A stretch of DNA of 64,000 nucleotides from Oscillospiraceae bacterium (GTDB lineage Bacteria; Bacillota; Clostridia; Oscillospirales; Oscillospiraceae): assembly GCA_902767915.1 (NCBI GenBank), contig CACXJE010000004.1:22692-86691 (forward strand), read 5' to 3'. Each line of letters starts with the position of its first letter. Positions within the stretch are counted from its first letter, which is position 1. Of this stretch, positions 61,230 through 64,000 are shown in pieces. Under the pieces are notes generated by a model. The model saw only the letters and a program-made list of their open reading frames with translations. It made no database searches and was not told where the DNA came from. Position numbers and translations under genes: made by a program.

Positions 61230-61897
61230 CTATAACAGCACCGAGTTCGGCGCTGGAACCGAACGGAATGCGATCACTATACCATATAGTATATATATTG
61301 GAGAAAAATGTTCCGTAGCTCCTGCTGGTGACGATCAATATAATCATCATGGGAACTTTTTGTTAAATGCACAGTGGATGGCGTATTCCAAAAATCTCGC
61401 AAAAAGTGCTTTAGTAACCATGATGGCAGGGGCCGGCGGAGGAACGACAAGATTACTGCAAACATGTGGTTTTTAATTTGAGTAGTTCCGTAGCTTCAAT
61501 TAATTTATCTGGAGAAGGCGCGCCCCAAGCAGGATAGTGGATGGAGCTGGTCCCTCGCGGCTGGTGGCTGGTGCGTGATCGGTGGATTTTTGGCGCGGCG
61601 GTCACATGGGTCTGTATCGGAAATACTGGACTTTTGGCCCATTGCCCTGGACATTGTGTATCTGCTGGTACGCAAGCAGGAGCGGCATAGTGGTACGATG
61701 GATGTAATTCAAAGATTTTGGGGATTAAAAAGAGATATAGATTGATAATAATGAAACAGAAGATATAGTGTGCAAAGAAGTCAATCCTCTTTCTTCCTTT
61801 TGATATTCCAATACCTTTTTCTATTGGAGGATTATTACTATAGGTGTATACTAGAGGTTTTGACATAGTATACCATATGTCATATCCACTCCATGAT

Positions 61898-62284
61898 CTA
61901 TGACCTTTGATCTATGACAGAGCCAAGGAAAGCAAACACTGCATCGGCAACATAGCGCCTATACGGGCGATCCTCAGACACAATGCCTGGATATATCGGA
62001 GCTACGCCAAAAGACTCAGCCATTCTGTTTAGTAAGCTGACATTGGCGATTACGGCGTTGTGAGTTGTTGTTCTGCGCTTATCAAGAGCCGCACGCTCAT
62101 TGCGATATGTATCAGGATCTATACTACCGCCATAGATAACCGGATATATTTGCTCAGCAATAACAGCACTGTGGTAATCAGCAAAAGACATAAGCGCTTT
62201 GTGGATGTACTCTAGCAGTTCAGGATCCTCTTTGGATTGCTGGATAAGTTGGGAAAGGGCCTTTGTGTTGATTGTGTTTTCCAT
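61898..62284 (-). CDS. Hypothetical protein
   Basis: Start trimmed to ATG 62284 (AAGGAGGATCAAAACAAA upstream); 128 aa, helical composition. Confidence 0.5.
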   Translation of the reverse strand: MENTINTKALSQLIQQSKEDPELLEYIHKALMSFADYHSAVIAEQIYPVIYGGSIDPDTYRNERAALDKRRTTTHNAVIANVSLLNRMAESFGVAPIYPGIVSEDRPYRRYVADAVFAFLGSVIDQRS

Positions 62285-62640
62285 TTTGTTTTGATCCTCC
62301 TTATGATAGTTGGGGGTACGGGGACAGCACACCATGCAGCACAGCACCTATTTATCGCTGGAAAATATCAGCGCGCCGAAGATCTGATGCGGGAGTTTAA
62401 CCCCCGGGGTTGCGTGGAAACCTTTAATCCAATTCGCACGGTTTGGTTTTGGTATTTGCACATTCGTCTCCTCGCTTATGAGAGTTTTTACGTATCACAT
62501 TCCCAGGAAAATGTCAAGTATCAAAAGCTCTCATATAACTTTTTTGAAAAGATTCCAGCTGTGTCAGCGCATGTAATTGACTGTCAACAGGGCAAAAGGA
62601 GAGGCTTGAAAGTCTCTCCCAGGAAAGATGTTTATATTAT

Positions 62641-62796
62641 TTATGTGGTCTGCTCCCAAGCACGTAGATCTGTTTTGAAAATTTTCTTTGATTGATCATT
62701 TCTAATGCTGTAATTCTCATACTGCTGAAAACTTGTTCTGGAATCACTTGCAGCAACAATCCCATGATCGCTACGCATCATAAGCACTAAGCTCAT
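62641..62796 (-). pseudogene. N-terminal fragment of a proteasome/Ntn-hydrolase-like gene
   Basis: ATG 62796 with ACGGAGGAAC upstream. MSLVLMMRSDHGIVAASDSRTSF... resembles the N-terminus of T1/Ntn proteases but stops after 51 aa. Downstream frames contain only short open stretches. Confidence 0.4.
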
Positions 62797-62977
62797 TTTT
62801 GTTCCTCCGTTGATATCAGTATAGGTTTTTTCTGTCTTTTGCGATTGGTTCAACGCTGTTTGTCTTGCCATTTCTATCTCCATAAAATAATACCATGCCC
62901 TTTTGTTAATTTCAATTTTTTATTATGTAAGAAATAGAGAGACCCGCAGCCTAATGGCTGCGGGTCAATGTTTATTT

Positions 62978-64000
62978 TCAATAATACTCAATCAAGCCAC
63001 ATCGAGAACACTGACGATATGCGGGCTTGTCGATAATCTCTTCATCATAGTTTCTATAGCCGGCATGAGCATTTTGTTCATCAGTAAAAAGATAAGCATC
63101 TTGATGAGCACATAATTCCTCGTAAGTCCAGAAAACTGCGCCACAGTAGCATTCGACACCATGCAACCAATGGGTTTCTGCATCATGGTGTACCCAAGAA
63201 TGACCAAGCGCTTCACCAACAGTTTCTTGGCTTGTAGCACCGCAACGAGAACACTTATAATTTACAGTGAACGGAGCAGTGCAGGTAGCCTGCGTAAAAC
63301 CGGCTTCCTGATAATCATGGCCGAGGGCAGCAGTCTGGGTCCTCTGGGTGTCACCGCATCTGGTGCACTTCTTCTCTACATAGCCGCCGCTGGTGCAAGT
63401 AGCGGTTCCATTACTTGTTACCTTGTAGTCATGACCAAGTGCATTGGTCTGATTGCGCTTTTCCGAAGCACCGCAACGGCTGCACTTATATTCGGTGTAA
63501 CCGCCGGCAGAGCAGGTGGCTGCTACGGTGTTGCCCTTAGTCCAATTGTGACCAAGCGCATTCTTGTAGTTATCTTTATAAGAATCGCCGCAGCTGCACT
63601 TATACTCAGTATAGCCCTTATTGGTACAGGTAGGAGCTACTACGGTTGCCTTGTAACTATGTGCATGAGGAGGATTCGTAGGAGCAGGAGGATCCGTGGG
63701 CTTGGGATTGGTGGGTTGAGGACTGGTCGACTCAGTCGGTGATGTGGGATTCGTTGGTTCCGGATCGTCGGGCTGAGTTGGCTGAACCGAATCAGTCGGC
63801 TTGGTAGTATGCTCAGACGCAGGTTCAGTTACCTCCTCGTTGCTGCCGTCATGTTCCGTGCCGACAACATCTGTATTCTCAATTGGATCCGTATGAGCAG
63901 GCTCTGTTACGTCATCCACAAACGTTACATCGGGCGTGGTAATACTCGGTACGGTATTGGTTGAGCCGGTTGACTGACCATTGTGGTTATTCATGGTACT
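62978..64000 (-). CDS. Cys-repeat (zinc-ribbon-like repeat) protein with Pro/Thr/Glu-rich linker; N-terminus may lie beyond the window
   Basis: Four ~40-aa repeats of ..(A)TC(T/S)xxGY.EYKCSRCG......ALGH(D/N/S)(Y/W). Preceded by PTQPDDPEPTNPTSPTESTSPQPTNPKPTDPPAPTNPP. No signal peptide after the ATG at 63994, so the ORF may extend upstream. Confidence 0.65.
   Translation of the reverse strand, partial: STMNNHNGQSTGSTNTVPSITTPDVTFVDDVTEPAHTDPIENTDVVGTEHDGSNEEVTEPASEHTTKPTDSVQPTQPDDPEPTNPTSPTESTSPQPTNPKPTDPPAPTNPPHAHSYKATVVAPTCTNKGYTEYKCSCGDSYKDNYKNALGHNWTKGNTVAATCSAGGYTEYKCSRCGASEKRNQTNALGHDYKVTSNGTATCTSGGYVEKKCTRCGDTQRTQTAALGHDYQEAGFTQATCTAPFTVNYKCSRCGATSQETVGEALGHSWVHHDAETHWLHGVECYCGAVFWTYEELCAHQDAYLFTDEQNAHAGYRNYDEEIIDKPAYRQCSRCGLIEYY

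Larger units (their letters stand above)
54604..61230. mobile_element. Integrase-bearing prophage remnant or phage-satellite-like element (lysogeny + early + late-regulator genes, no structural genes); ends not defined
   Basis: Gene order is int, small HTH, CI-like repressor (divergent), early genes, ArpU-like, HNH, then a terminator. Much more AT-rich than the adjacent glycan locus. No att repeats found by eye. Confidence 0.6.

Noticed and set aside
61048-61866. Minus-strand ORFs of 100, 62 and 137 aa.
   Set aside because: They have no RBS and implausible composition, and they span the operon terminator and the repeat sites. They are likely chance ORFs in AT-rich DNA.
62237-62695. 152-aa plus-strand ORF.
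   Set aside because: It overlaps the minus-strand gene start with its strong RBS at 62284 and spans debris. It has no RBS and no motif.

Overview
High-GC Firmicutes/Clostridia-like chromosomal segment (taxon is an inference), almost entirely minus-strand coding. All family calls come from motifs read by eye in the supplied translations and sequence; no searches were run. Layout: (1) 1-7.5 kb housekeeping genes (SDR, MBL hydrolase, phosphatase, Zn-ribbon/coiled-coil protein, a disrupted MFS transporter, HAD lipoprotein, sfsA). (2) 7.6-13.4 kb: a 5.8-kb phosphocholine (lic-type) + FRG-domain island bracketed by a ~72-bp direct repeat that duplicates the 3' end of the adjacent M20 peptidase gene. 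(3) 13.4-19 kb: an operon of M20 peptidase plus two membrane proteins, three stacked immunity-like small genes (one SUKH/SMI1), and a C-N hydrolase. (4) 19.2-20.5 kb: an AT-rich three-gene cassette between terminators. (5) 20.6-53.9 kb: a ~33-kb co-directional glycopolymer locus with Wzm/Wzt ABC export. It holds many GT2/GT4/GT8/GT32 genes, three LicD, one Stealth and one LtaS-like phosphotransferase, a pyruvyl transferase with an FeS partner, three acyl/acetyltransferases, an EpsG-like protein, a racemase-NTP transferase-HAD module and an AsnB-like PP-loop enzyme. No priming transferase is present in the window. (6) 54.5 kb: tRNA-Cys. (7) 54.6-61.2 kb: an integrase-bearing prophage remnant or satellite-like element (int, CI-like repressor, early genes, ArpU-like, HNH) that ends in an orphan Cse2/CasB-like gene where a small terminase would be expected. 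(8) 61.2-64 kb: AT-rich gene debris and a Cys-repeat surface protein. The most interesting items are the orphan Cas-subunit homologue on the mobile element, the racemase/NTP-transferase/HAD/LicD head-group module, and the repeat-bracketed lic island.
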